DNA of 64,000 nucleotides from Dehalococcoidia bacterium (GTDB lineage Bacteria > Chloroflexota > Dehalococcoidia > Lucifugimonadales > UBA3495): NCBI GenBank assembly GCA_034423115.1, contig DAOUJD010000033.1, forward strand, positions 1,696-65,695, written 5' to 3'. Shown one piece after another: positions 43,848-53,585 of the stretch (position 1 is the stretch's first letter; every line of letters begins with the position of its first letter). The position numbers and the translations under genes were made by a program. A model generated the notes under the pieces. It did not search any database, had not been told where the DNA came from, and saw only the letters and a program-made list of their open reading frames with translations.

Positions 43848-44636
43848 ATGCCGTCGTTCTGGGAAAATATCCGCATGCCAGACCCCACGGGCGAGCGCGA
43901 ATCGGGGGCCAACATTGCCGAAGGCGGTGACATGGCCGCTTACGTCAGCTTTCCGCCGCCAAGCGTGGGCACCAACCTGCCCGCCGTCATCGTCGTCCAG
44001 GAAGCTTTTGGCGTCAACCGGCACATCCAGCGCGTCGCGGACCAGTTTGCCGCGGAAGGCTACGTAGCCGTGGCGCCGGCCCTGTTCCACAGGAACGAGC
44101 GCAACCCCAACCCCAGCCTGGGTTACACCCCCGATGACTTTGACGCCGCCATCAACACCTACATGCCCGAATTGACCGGCGGGGGCATCATCGCCGACAT
44201 CAACGCCACCATAGACTACCTGCAGCGCACGTATCCCCGCACCCGCGGACAGAAGATCGGAATCGTCGGGTACTGCATGGGCGGCCGCGTGGTCTATCTC
44301 GCCGCCAGCTCCTGCGATGGCCTGAGCGCCGGCGTCGTTTACTACGGCGGCGCGATCCTGGCCGCTTACGGCGACGGCGTGACCCCGATCGACGGGACTG
44401 CCAGCATCAACATTCCGCTGATGGGCAACTTCGGCGATACGGACGGGAACCCGACACCGGATGACGTGGCGCAGATTTCGGCGGCGCTGACCGCAGCCGG
44501 AAAGGCGCACGACTTCAAGTCGTATCCCGACGCCGGCCACGGCTTCAACTGCGACGACCGCGACAGCTACAACGAGGCTGCCGCGTCCGACGCGCAGGCC
44601 CGCACCGTGGCGTTCTTCAACGAACACCTGAAGTAA
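43848..44636 (+). CDS. dienelactone hydrolase family protein
   Basis: Nucleophile elbow GYCMGG, C-terminal YPDAGHGF; GGAGGAGG RBS. Confidence 0.85.
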   Translation: MPSFWENIRMPDPTGERESGANIAEGGDMAAYVSFPPPSVGTNLPAVIVVQEAFGVNRHIQRVADQFAAEGYVAVAPALFHRNERNPNPSLGYTPDDFDAAINTYMPELTGGGIIADINATIDYLQRTYPRTRGQKIGIVGYCMGGRVVYLAASSCDGLSAGVVYYGGAILAAYGDGVTPIDGTASINIPLMGNFGDTDGNPTPDDVAQISAALTAAGKAHDFKSYPDAGHGFNCDDRDSYNEAAASDAQARTVAFFNEHLK

Positions 44637-44747
44637 GCGACCGGGTCAATCCGCTTGAACCGCGGCCCCCTTGTCAGTGCGCAGGGGGGCCGTTAGCATG
44701 TTTCAAAGATGCCCTTTGGCCGAGTGGTTACCGCGGGAGTCATACCA

Positions 44748-45056
44748 ATGAGCACGCTCAAGGAAAACATCGCCGCCTACGAGGCGATGCAGGACGATCT
44801 GGAACTGGACTACTTCGGCAAGTGGGTCGTGTTCTACGACGAGGCGCTGGCCGGTTCTTACGAAACGTCCGAGGATGCGGTTAACGATGCCATGACGCGG
44901 TTCGGTCGCGGCCCGTACCTGATAAAGCAGGTGGGTGAGCCGCCGCTGCGGGGGTTCTGGCATCCGACTTGGGGGGCCGTATCGCCCGAATCTCCTCTGC
45001 CACAAGGGTTCTGGCATCCGACCTGGGGGGCCGTACCGGAACGTGCCGACGATTGA
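44748..45056 (+). CDS. small protein (DUF5678-like core) with duplicated C-terminal tail
   Basis: YFGKWVVFYDEALAGSYETSEDAV...YLIKQVG, then GFWHPTWGAV twice, encoded by a 30-bp direct repeat. Confidence 0.5.
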   Translation: MSTLKENIAAYEAMQDDLELDYFGKWVVFYDEALAGSYETSEDAVNDAMTRFGRGPYLIKQVGEPPLRGFWHPTWGAVSPESPLPQGFWHPTWGAVPERADD

Positions 45057-45501
45057 TTGCGGTTTTGAGAACCGCCCCGACCAATTGGTGCGCGTTGGCC
45101 CTACAACCTTGGTCCAAATCGGGTACGACCCCGACTATGAGTCGGGCAATAACTCACAGGGCGCTTTGCCAGCGGCACGTGTCACGGCCCTGTTGGATAC
45201 CGGAGCGACCGCTACCTGCATCGACGATGCCCTCGCGATGGAATTGAATTTACCCATCTTCGAACAGGAGAGTGTTTCCGGTGTTCACGGAATCGCGATG
45301 ATGACCAGATATCGCGCCCAAATCCACTTGGCTGAACTCGACACCACCTTGTCCGGTGCATTCTTTGGGGCTCATCTCAGCGCTGGCGGCCAGCCTTACT
45401 TGGCTATCATCGGCAGGGATTTCCTGCGCCACTTCCAGCTGATTTACGACGGACGAACCGGAGCGGTTTCGCTGAGCAACGAGATTGACCCCAGGCCATA
45501 G
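45043..45501 (+). CDS. retropepsin-like (clan AA) aspartic protease
   Basis: ALLDTGATATCID and AIIGRDFL; no ATG, so a GTG start at 45043 overlapping the upstream gene is assumed. Confidence 0.6.
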   Translation: MPTIDCGFENRPDQLVRVGPTTLVQIGYDPDYESGNNSQGALPAARVTALLDTGATATCIDDALAMELNLPIFEQESVSGVHGIAMMTRYRAQIHLAELDTTLSGAFFGAHLSAGGQPYLAIIGRDFLRHFQLIYDGRTGAVSLSNEIDPRP

Positions 45502-45687
45502 CCCTCGCAGCGTTTCCCACCCCGGCCTCCTCCTGCGATTGTTGGAGGGGGTTTGGTTGTCACATTAATTTTACGGAACCTTTACCGTCCATTAATTTCG
45601 CGGCAATAGGGGCGCAACACCGACCTTTTACATTGATGGGGCGAATTCGCGAATACGTGGCCCGCCGGCCGCAGGGAGCAACCCCTC

Positions 45688-47184
45688 ATGAACAAAGTCG
45701 AAGCGCTCAAAGCCGAGAAAGACGGACTGGACATCTTGAACGACATTCCCAACTTCAGCAAGGAGGGTTGGGAATCCATCCCCGCGGATGACCGGGACCG
45801 CCTCAAGTGGGCCGGCATCTTCTTCCGACGGCAGACTCCAGGCCGGTTCATGATGCGCATCCGGATTTCCAACGGCATCAGCAACTCGGCCCAGTTCCGC
45901 GCCATCGCCGGCATCAGCGACGACTACGGCAAGAGGTTCGCCGACCTCACCACGCGCCAGCAGATTCAGTTGCGCGAGTTCAGCATCGAGCAGGTGCCGG
46001 ATATCTGGCGGCGCTTGGACGACGTTGGCCTGATCTCGCTGCAAACGGGCATGGACAACATCCGAACCGTCGTGGGCTGCCCGGCAGCCGGCCTGACTCC
46101 CCACGAGTTGCTGGACGCATCACCCATCGCCCGCGAGTTCACCGACATGTTCGTGGGCAACCGGGAGTACACCAACCTGCCGCGCAAGTTCAACGTCACC
46201 ATCACGGGATGCCTGGAAAACTGCACCCACGTTGCCACCCAGGACATCGCCATGACTCCGGCCGTCAAGACGGTTGAGGGTCAGGAAATCGTCGGGTTCA
46301 ACGTGGCGGTGGGCGGCAAGATGGGGTCCGGAGGCTACACGCCAAACACGCCGCTGGATCTGTTCGTAAGGCCCGAAGAAGCCGCCGAAATCTGCAACCA
46401 CATCGTGCTGATCTTCCGCGACCACGGTTCACGCGAAGCCCGCAACAAGGTGCGCCTGGCTTTCCTGATTGCCGAGTGGGGAGCCGAAAGGTTCCGCGCC
46501 GAAATCGAAGCGCGGGCGGGACGTACGCTGTTGTCCGCCGGCAGGGACGCCGCGACAGATAACCACACGAGCCACATCGGGATCTTCCCACAGAAGCAGG
46601 CCGGCCTGAACTACGTGGGCCTGTGTGTACCGGTGGGTCGCATCACCACGGCGCAACTGCAGGGCGTGGCCGACCTGGCCGACGAGTACGGGGACGGTGA
46701 AATTCGTATCACGCCGGAGCAGAACCTGATCATCCCCAACGTACCCGACGAACGGCTGGAAGCGCTGACTGGCGAACCATTGCTGCAAACTTTGTCCTAT
46801 CGGCCGTCGAACATCACGCGGGGAACGGTGAGCTGCACCGGCATCGATTACTGCCACTTCTCGCTGATCGAGACCAAGGAGCGCGCCACGGAAACGGCCC
46901 GCGTGCTGGAACAGCGGCTGCCCAATATCGGCCCGGTGTCGCTGTATTGGTCCGGCTGTGCCAACGGGTGCGCCAACCACGCCCTGGCGGACATCGGTCT
47001 GGTGGGCAAGCGAGTACGAATCGACGACGAAATCGTGGAGGCGGTGGACATCTACCGGGGAGGCGCAGCGGCACGCGCCACTAATGGCAAGCCCCCGGTG
47101 CCGGTGATGAGCAACGTCGCCTGTTCAGATCTGCCCCAGGTGCTGGAAGAGATGCTGACGCGACAGGAAGGCGACGTTTGCTGA
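45688..47184 (+). CDS. ferredoxin-dependent sulfite/nitrite reductase (siroheme, 4Fe-4S)
   Basis: NIR_SIR repeats; Cys cluster VSCTGIDYC ... WSGCANGC. Confidence 0.85.
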   Translation: MNKVEALKAEKDGLDILNDIPNFSKEGWESIPADDRDRLKWAGIFFRRQTPGRFMMRIRISNGISNSAQFRAIAGISDDYGKRFADLTTRQQIQLREFSIEQVPDIWRRLDDVGLISLQTGMDNIRTVVGCPAAGLTPHELLDASPIAREFTDMFVGNREYTNLPRKFNVTITGCLENCTHVATQDIAMTPAVKTVEGQEIVGFNVAVGGKMGSGGYTPNTPLDLFVRPEEAAEICNHIVLIFRDHGSREARNKVRLAFLIAEWGAERFRAEIEARAGRTLLSAGRDAATDNHTSHIGIFPQKQAGLNYVGLCVPVGRITTAQLQGVADLADEYGDGEIRITPEQNLIIPNVPDERLEALTGEPLLQTLSYRPSNITRGTVSCTGIDYCHFSLIETKERATETARVLEQRLPNIGPVSLYWSGCANGCANHALADIGLVGKRVRIDDEIVEAVDIYRGGAAARATNGKPPVPVMSNVACSDLPQVLEEMLTRQEGDVC

Positions 47185-47210
47185 CGTGATCGGCACTGCG
47201 AAACGATTTG

Positions 47211-47233
47211 GGGGCAGGTTTGAATCCTGCCCC
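47211..47233. terminator. GC hairpin between convergent genes
   Basis: GGGGCAGG tttgaat CCTGCCCC. Confidence 0.45.
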
Positions 47234-47266
47234 TACTCGTTGGCAAACCCCTGGATCGCGGAGAGT

Positions 47267-48685
47267 TCAGGACACGGGCGGGCGGTGTTGGCTCCAAGGC
47301 TGGGCGTCCTCGAAGGCAGCCATGGCGCGGAGCACGCGGCCCTCGGCTCCGGCGGGGCCCACCAGGTGCAGGCCGATGGGCAGGCCGGCTGCTGAAAATC
47401 CACAGGGTACGCTGGCCGCCGTCTGGCCGCTCATGTTGATGGGGAAGGTGAAGGGCAGGTAGCCCCACCAGGGATCTACCGAACGGCCGGCGATGGTGGT
47501 GGGATGCTCGCCGATGGGGAAGGCAGTTACGGCCATGGCTGGCGTGAGCAGCAGGTCGTAGGTGTTGAAGAAATCCGCGAAGCGACGCTTGTGCCGGTCA
47601 ACGTAGGCCAGGGCGCGGGACAGGTCGGCGGCGGAGTATTGGGACGCAGCGTCGTACGTGTTGCGGACGTAGTGGGTAAGTTCGTCGCGGCGTTCGGGAT
47701 AGAGATCGATGTTGGAGGTGTAGGAGGCGGTGCCGAACACGGTGGCGAAGGCCGGGAACGGGTCGCTCTCGATCTCGGGGGCGGCCTCCTCGACGATGGC
47801 GCCCATCTCCTGGAACACCTGGGCGGCGGCGCGGGTTACCTGCACCACCTCGGGGTCAACGGCGGCATAGCCAAAGTCGTCGCTCCAGGCGATCCGCCAA
47901 CCCTGAACGCCGCCCTTCAACGCTGTGGTGTAGTCGGGCGGCGTGTCTGTCATGGTGTTGGGGTCGCGGGAGTCGGGGCCGGCCAGCACCTGCAAGAGCA
48001 TGGCGGTATCGGCCACCGTGCGGCTCATGGGACCCGACTGGGAGAAGTGGTTGACCGCGGGGCCACCGTATCCGCCGTAGCGGGGCACGCGACCGTGGGA
48101 CGGTTTGATGCCGGTGACGCCGCTGAAACTGGACGGAATGCGGATGCTGCCGCCGCCGTCACTGCCGGTGGCCAGGGTGCAGAGGCCGGCGGCTAAGGCA
48201 GACGCCGCCCCGCCGCTGCTGCCACCTGGAGTGTAGTCGGTGTTCCACGGATTGCGGCAGGGATCGCTGACCAGGTTCTCGGTGGTGCCGGACTGGCCGA
48301 ACTCAGGTGTGTTGGTCTTGCCCAGGATGATTGCGCCGGCGGCCTTGACGCGCTCGACGACGATGGAATCCATGTCGGGCACGCGGTCGCGGAATATGGC
48401 GGAACCCATGGTGGTGGTCACGCCCTTGGTGAGTTCCAGGTCCTTGATAGAGATAGGGATGCCGTGGAGCGGGCCGAGGCTGTCGCCGCGTTGCACGGCC
48501 TCATCGGCGGCACGGGCGTCAGCGAGGGCCTGGTCGGGGCAGAGGGCGAGGTAGGCGCTGAGGCGTGGGTTGAGTTCCTCAATGCGCTGGTAGAAAAACT
48601 CGGTGAGTTCGACGGAGGAGATATCTCCATCGGCGATCATGCGTCGGATTTCGGTGGCGGGTGCGAAGGCGAGTTCGGAGTCCAT
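47267..48685 (-). CDS. amidase (amidase-signature family)
   Basis: GGSSGGAASALAAG, KPSHGRVP. Confidence 0.9.
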   Translation of the reverse strand: MDSELAFAPATEIRRMIADGDISSVELTEFFYQRIEELNPRLSAYLALCPDQALADARAADEAVQRGDSLGPLHGIPISIKDLELTKGVTTTMGSAIFRDRVPDMDSIVVERVKAAGAIILGKTNTPEFGQSGTTENLVSDPCRNPWNTDYTPGGSSGGAASALAAGLCTLATGSDGGGSIRIPSSFSGVTGIKPSHGRVPRYGGYGGPAVNHFSQSGPMSRTVADTAMLLQVLAGPDSRDPNTMTDTPPDYTTALKGGVQGWRIAWSDDFGYAAVDPEVVQVTRAAAQVFQEMGAIVEEAAPEIESDPFPAFATVFGTASYTSNIDLYPERRDELTHYVRNTYDAASQYSAADLSRALAYVDRHKRRFADFFNTYDLLLTPAMAVTAFPIGEHPTTIAGRSVDPWWGYLPFTFPINMSGQTAASVPCGFSAAGLPIGLHLVGPAGAEGRVLRAMAAFEDAQPWSQHRPPVS

Positions 48686-48733
48686 AATGCGATCCTGTTG
48701 ATGGTCGGTGCCTGAGATTGTGCTAAGCAGGGT

Positions 48734-49141
48734 TTACTCGGATTCGTCTTTAACCGTTTCTCCGGAAATTATCCTGACCTGTTCCGGTGTGAGGGGCACG
48801 CCCAGTTTGGCCATTTCGCGTTGGATACGCTCGCGCTCTGCTTGCCGGCTTTGCATGTCCCTTTTTATGTCCCTTTTTTCAGCCCACGCTTTTACAGTCT
48901 CTCTCGCCGCGAAAAACACTATCATTCCTCCGTAGAACACCATCGACGTGGGAAACAGCAGCAGCGTCGCGACTATGATGATCCCGTCGTCCCACTCCGT
49001 CAGCGACGTGAGATGACCCAACAACGGCGAACCATCGCATCCCGCACAGCCCGCAAGCAACACCGTAACCAGCATGCTGACGCTGATCGACACTGCCCCG
49101 TCAAAAAATCGCCACGTTAGGCGGTTCCCCTCGTCTCGCAT
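48734..49141 (-). CDS. hypothetical membrane protein with charged C-terminal helix
   Basis: Three hydrophobic segments then KRDIKRDMQSRQAERERIQREMAK; AT-richer. Confidence 0.5.
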   Translation of the reverse strand: MRDEGNRLTWRFFDGAVSISVSMLVTVLLAGCAGCDGSPLLGHLTSLTEWDDGIIIVATLLLFPTSMVFYGGMIVFFAARETVKAWAEKRDIKRDMQSRQAERERIQREMAKLGVPLTPEQVRIISGETVKDESE

Positions 49142-49314
49142 TGTATCATCCTAGCGTGGGCGTCTCCCTTTTTTGGGTTGACAATCTACCACTCCCGCTG
49201 TCTGACATCCCCCGTTTCGCCACGCCGGAGCGTCACCAATTTTTGGCAAATCGGAACGGTGATCGTTGGCAGGATCGTGTATAGTAGGCGTCCGTTGCGC
49301 CGGCCAGGGGAATC

Positions 49315-50343
49315 ATGGTGCGGGCGCTGCTTGCTTTGATCATGGCTACCGTTGGAATCATCGCAAACCCCGCCGCCAGCAAGGACATACGCCGGCTGGT
49401 AGCGCAGGGCCGCGTGGTGCCTGACTGGGAGAAGGTGAACACCGTCCGGAGGGCGCTGATCGGGCTGCAATCCACCGAGGTTGACAAGGTGGTGGCGATG
49501 CCCGACAGCGGGAATCTGTGTCGTAGGGCTGCCGACGATTCGGGCATCAGCATACCGCTGGAGATGCTGCCAATGTCGCCGCTGTACACCGAGGGGGACA
49601 CGACCCGGGCAGCAGCGATGATGGCGGAAATGGGCGTGGGATGCCTGATCACGCTGGGCGGCGACGGCACCAACCGGGCGGTGGCAGTGGGAACCAACCA
49701 GATACCGGTGGTGGCGATCTCCACGGGCACCAACAATATATTCCCGGTGATGGTGGAGGGCACGCTGGCCGGGATTGCCGCAGGGCTGATCGCATCGGGA
49801 CGGCTCAGCGCGAACGACGCCGCGATAGTCAGCAAGACACTGCACATCCACGTGAACGGCGAGCCGACGGAACTGGCGCTGGTGGACGTCGCGGTCTCGC
49901 GCGAACGGTACGTGGCGACCCGAGCAATATGGGACCTGCGCACCGTGTATGAGGTGTTTTTGACTCGCGCGGAGCCGGCCGGCATCGGCCTGTCGTCCAT
50001 CGGCGGGCGGCTGCATCCCCTGTCGCTGGCCGACGTGGGCGGGCTACACTACCGTCTCGCGGGGCCAGACGCGGATCCGGACGGCTCATCCACGGTGATT
50101 GCGCCGGTGGCTCCGGGCATGGTGGAGCCGGCGACGATCGCGAGGTGGGACCTGCTGCACGAGGGCGTTCCCGTGTCATTGCAACGGCGCTATTGCACCA
50201 TCGCCCTGGACGGCGAACGGTCGCTGGTGCTGAGTCCCGATGACGCCGTGGAGGTGGTGCTGGCGCGGGATGGGCCGCCGGTGGTGCAGGTGCAGCGGGC
50301 GCTATTGCGGGCGGCGCAACTGGGTCTGTTCAACCACCCCTGA
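49315..50343 (+). CDS. ATP-NAD kinase family protein (AcoX-like)
   Basis: ITLGGDGTNRAV, STGTNN. Confidence 0.7.
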   Translation: MVRALLALIMATVGIIANPAASKDIRRLVAQGRVVPDWEKVNTVRRALIGLQSTEVDKVVAMPDSGNLCRRAADDSGISIPLEMLPMSPLYTEGDTTRAAAMMAEMGVGCLITLGGDGTNRAVAVGTNQIPVVAISTGTNNIFPVMVEGTLAGIAAGLIASGRLSANDAAIVSKTLHIHVNGEPTELALVDVAVSRERYVATRAIWDLRTVYEVFLTRAEPAGIGLSSIGGRLHPLSLADVGGLHYRLAGPDADPDGSSTVIAPVAPGMVEPATIARWDLLHEGVPVSLQRRYCTIALDGERSLVLSPDDAVEVVLARDGPPVVQVQRALLRAAQLGLFNHP

Positions 50344-51086
50344 TGCTGGCCGGCTGGGAGTTGGTCGTCGGCCTGGCGGCGCTGCTGCTGGGTTCGTTCG
50401 TTTTCAGCGCGGTGGGTTTCGGGATGGCGCTGGCGATGGCGCCGATACTGCTGCTGATACTGGAGCCGCAGCAGGTGGTGGTGCTGGCCAACTCGATGAT
50501 CGTGCTGGCTACGGTGATGATCCTGGCACAAACCTGGCGGCATTACCGATGGAGACAGTCGCGGCTGTTCGTGGTGGCCGGACTGCCGCCGGTACCGTTG
50601 GGTGTATTCCTGTTGAGTACTGCCGCGCCAACGGTGCTGCGGACGGCGATCGCCGGTCTTATCTTGGTGATTGCCCTATTGATGCTGTTCGACGTGCGGC
50701 TGCCCGGGGCCCGGACACGTGGGGGCGCGGTCGGTTTCGGATTCACGACGACGCTGCTGACCACCACGCTAAGCATCGGCGGTTTTGTGGCCGGCATCTA
50801 CGCTATCGAGCAAGACTGGTCCCGGGAGCAGATGCGGGCAACGCTGGCGGTGTATTTCCTGCTGGCGGGAGCGCTGGGTCTCGCGCTGTACGCGGTGACG
50901 GGGTTGCTCTCACGGGAGATGGTGTACGACATTGGTGTCGGCGCGCCGGCGGTGGTTGTGGGGGCGCTGGCGGGCGGTTGGTTATCGCGACGGATGAGCC
51001 TGGAGGTGTTCCGCTACGCCGCTCTGTTTGTGATCATCGGTGGATGCCTGGCGCTGTTGGGACGGGAGGTGTGGCGATTAGCATGA
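50343..51086 (+). CDS. TauE/SafE (TSUP) family anion exporter
   Basis: Polytopic membrane protein; start overlaps the preceding stop (TGATG). Confidence 0.7.
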   Translation: MLAGWELVVGLAALLLGSFVFSAVGFGMALAMAPILLLILEPQQVVVLANSMIVLATVMILAQTWRHYRWRQSRLFVVAGLPPVPLGVFLLSTAAPTVLRTAIAGLILVIALLMLFDVRLPGARTRGGAVGFGFTTTLLTTTLSIGGFVAGIYAIEQDWSREQMRATLAVYFLLAGALGLALYAVTGLLSREMVYDIGVGAPAVVVGALAGGWLSRRMSLEVFRYAALFVIIGGCLALLGREVWRLA

Positions 51087-51322
51087 CGTCTGATCGAATA
51101 CAGGCCAATCCTCACGAATAGGGTTACTGCCTGTTCAATTCGAACACAATCACTTGACAAGCATTCCCGGCGCTGTCCATTCCTGGTTCGTAGTGGTAAC
51201 CATCGCAACGATATGCTCTTTCATATCGAACATTCCTACGTGATTCGGACTGGAACAGGTGAAGCGTTTTTCCGTCGGAGACGTGATTCGCTATTGCTCT
51301 GTTGATTTGCGTCAGATGTACG

Positions 51323-52243
51323 TCAGGATGAGAGGTCGTGGAAGGCGGCCAGGGCGGCGGTGATGCCGTCGCCGACGGCTGCGCCCAACTGGCGGGTGGA
51401 TTCGGCGCGAGCGTCGCCGCAGACGTACACCTTGGGGATGTTGGTGCGCATGTGGATGTCGGCGCGGATGTGGCCCAGTTCGTCCATGTCCAACTGGTCT
51501 TTGAAAGCCTCGGTGTTGGGGTGGAAGCCGACGTAAACGAACGCGGCGGCGGTGGGGTAGTCGTAAATCTCGCCGGTTTTGAGGTCCTTGACGCGGGCAG
51601 CCTCCAGGACGTCGTTGCCGACGAACTCCTCGACGACGTGGCTCCACAGCCACTTGTATTTGGGATTGGCAAAGGCGCGGTCCTGGAGCACCTTGGTGGC
51701 GCGGAGTTCATCGCGCCGGTGGATGATGGTAACCGAGTTGCAGATGCCGGTGAGGTAGAAACTCTCGTCCATGGCGGAGTCGCCGCCGCCGACGACCACC
51801 ACGTCCTGACCACGGAAGAAGTTTCCGTCGCATACGGCGCAGTAGGAGACGCCGCGACCGCCGAATTCGTCCTCGCCGGGCACTCCCAGCTTGTTGTGGG
51901 CTCCGCCGGTGGCGATGATAATTGCCTTGGCGGTGAAATCCCCCTCAGAGGTCCGGACCAGCTTGCGGTCATCGTAGAGGTTTTCCACCGACTCGACCTC
52001 GGCGAACTCCATTTCGGCGCCGAACCGATCCGCCTGGTTGTACATCTCGTCGGCCAGTTCCTGACCCTTTACGCCGGCGCGGAACCCCGGGTAGTTCTCA
52101 ATGTCGTCGGTGATCAGGAGTTGGCCGCCGGGACCGATGCTCTCGATCATGAGAGTGCTGAGCATGGCGCGGGTGGAATAGAGGCCGGCGGACATACCGG
52201 CGGCGCCGGCGCCGAGAATCACAACGTCGTAGTCCTTTGCCAT
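51323..52243 (-). CDS. trxB: thioredoxin-disulfide reductase
   Basis: VILGAGAAG, redox CAVCDG, VVGGGDSAMDE. Confidence 0.9.
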   Translation of the reverse strand: MAKDYDVVILGAGAAGMSAGLYSTRAMLSTLMIESIGPGGQLLITDDIENYPGFRAGVKGQELADEMYNQADRFGAEMEFAEVESVENLYDDRKLVRTSEGDFTAKAIIIATGGAHNKLGVPGEDEFGGRGVSYCAVCDGNFFRGQDVVVVGGGDSAMDESFYLTGICNSVTIIHRRDELRATKVLQDRAFANPKYKWLWSHVVEEFVGNDVLEAARVKDLKTGEIYDYPTAAAFVYVGFHPNTEAFKDQLDMDELGHIRADIHMRTNIPKVYVCGDARAESTRQLGAAVGDGITAALAAFHDLSS

Positions 52244-52323
52244 CGAAATGGTCCCTCCTATCGGGTGGTGGTAGTCCTACCCTGGTGGTCAGGCGAGATA
52301 GTTGCTTGGCGCGCCTCCACACA

Positions 52324-53295
52324 TCAGCGATTTGCGCCGTAACGGGCGCGGGCCGACCGCCGCACCGAGGCCGCGCGAACGTAATCGACGGCATGGCGAA
52401 GGCCTTCCTCAAGCGATACCTTGGGTTCCCAGCTCAGTTCCCTGGCGGCGCGGCTGGACTCCAGGGCGATGCTCAAAACTTCGCCAGCCCGCCGGGGCCG
52501 ATAAACCGGCTCCTGGAAAAACTCCGTACACGCCTGCAACAGGGAATGGATGCGGTTGATAGTAACAGGCTCGCCCGTGCCTATGTTGTAAGTTCCGCCG
52601 TCGCCTCGATATGCCGCCGCCAGGTTGGCTTCGACCACGTCGGACACGTACACGAAGTCCCGTTCCTGCTCACCATTTCCATAGATGTTGGGGCTGCGGC
52701 CCCGGAGCATCAAACCGGCGAAGATGGCGATCACGCCGGCCTCGCCGTTGGGGTCCTGACCGGGCCCGTACACGTTGGCGTACCGCAGGATAGTGTATTG
52801 CAGGCCGTAGGTCTGGTAGAAGAGATCGAGGTACAACTCGCTGACATACTTGGACAAGGCGTACGGGGTGAGGGGATTTACGGGAGTGTCCTCGTCGCAC
52901 GGGACGGTGTCCGGGTTGCCGTAGATGGCGCCGCCAGTGGAGGAGAAAACGATCTTGTCGACCCCTTCGGCGGCGGCGGCGGACAGCAGCCGGATGGTGC
53001 CCAGCACGTTGGAATCGGCGTCGGCCACCGGATCCAGCGTGGACTGTCGCACGCTGCTCTGGGCGGCCAGGTGAAATATTATCTCGGGCCCTTCGCGCTG
53101 AATGATCTGGTTGATCCGTGGATCATTGATCGGGGCGTGATAGAAGGTCGCCCGGTGGTCGAGATTGCGCAGTTGACCCGAGCTGAGGTCGTCAACCACG
53201 GCCACCGCGTAGCCACTATCCAGCAGGCCGCTTACGAGGTGCGACCCGATAAAACCGGCGCCGCCGGTTACCAATACCTTGGTGGATTCTTCCAT
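52324..53295 (-). CDS. NAD-dependent epimerase/dehydratase (GalE-like)
   Basis: VTGGAGFIGSHL, YALSKY; ATG 53295 (longer ORF runs to 53337). Confidence 0.85.
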   Translation of the reverse strand: MEESTKVLVTGGAGFIGSHLVSGLLDSGYAVAVVDDLSSGQLRNLDHRATFYHAPINDPRINQIIQREGPEIIFHLAAQSSVRQSTLDPVADADSNVLGTIRLLSAAAAEGVDKIVFSSTGGAIYGNPDTVPCDEDTPVNPLTPYALSKYVSELYLDLFYQTYGLQYTILRYANVYGPGQDPNGEAGVIAIFAGLMLRGRSPNIYGNGEQERDFVYVSDVVEANLAAAYRGDGGTYNIGTGEPVTINRIHSLLQACTEFFQEPVYRPRRAGEVLSIALESSRAARELSWEPKVSLEEGLRHAVDYVRAASVRRSARARYGANR

Positions 53296-53391
53296 ATATT
53301 CCGGCACTTGGGAGGGGAGTTTGGTGCACAATCCCAACGTATATCCTAATTGATGCGGGGAAGTCCGGCAAGAAGAAACGCGCGACCGCCA

Positions 53392-53532
53392 GGGCCTTTC
53401 TAAAGTTGATCCGTCATTCCCGCTTCCGCGGGAATCCAGGCGGTGATTGTGCTCAGAATGTTCTGGATTCCGGCTTTCGCCGGAATGACGGTTTGTGGTG
53501 AAAGGACGCTAACCGGGACTTTGAAAAGGCCC
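53392..53532. repeat. family A termini enclosing a family B element (nested/chimeric MITE)
   Basis: GGGCCTTTCTAAAGT ... [CCGTCATTCC...GGAATGACGG at 53411-53491] ... ACTTTGAAAAGGCCC. Confidence 0.65.
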
Positions 53533-53585
53533 TGAGCAACCGCCAGGCTTTTTGATTATCGGTGTAAACCGGGTTGAGGGCACGG

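Noticed and set aside
44709-45501. Gag-pro style programmed frameshift fusing the small ORF to the retropepsin-like protease
   Set aside because: The protease frame is +1, not -1, relative to the upstream ORF. I found no slippery heptamer. An in-frame GTG at 45043 offers a conventional overlapping start.
51124-51972. 282-aa minus-strand ORF as a whole
   Set aside because: Everything upstream of 51322 is an alternative frame of trxB on the same strand (Pro/Ser/Thr-rich). Only the 66-codon tail beyond the trxB stop was kept, as a low-confidence observation.
41323-53585. Composite transposon interpretation of the inverted-repeat-bounded 12-kb block
   Set aside because: The repeated 110-aa protein has no transposase-like motif (no DDE, HUH or Ser/Tyr recombinase signature that I can see). 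The cargo is ordinary core metabolism and no flanking target duplication was found. Homologous inverted paralogs are the simpler reading.
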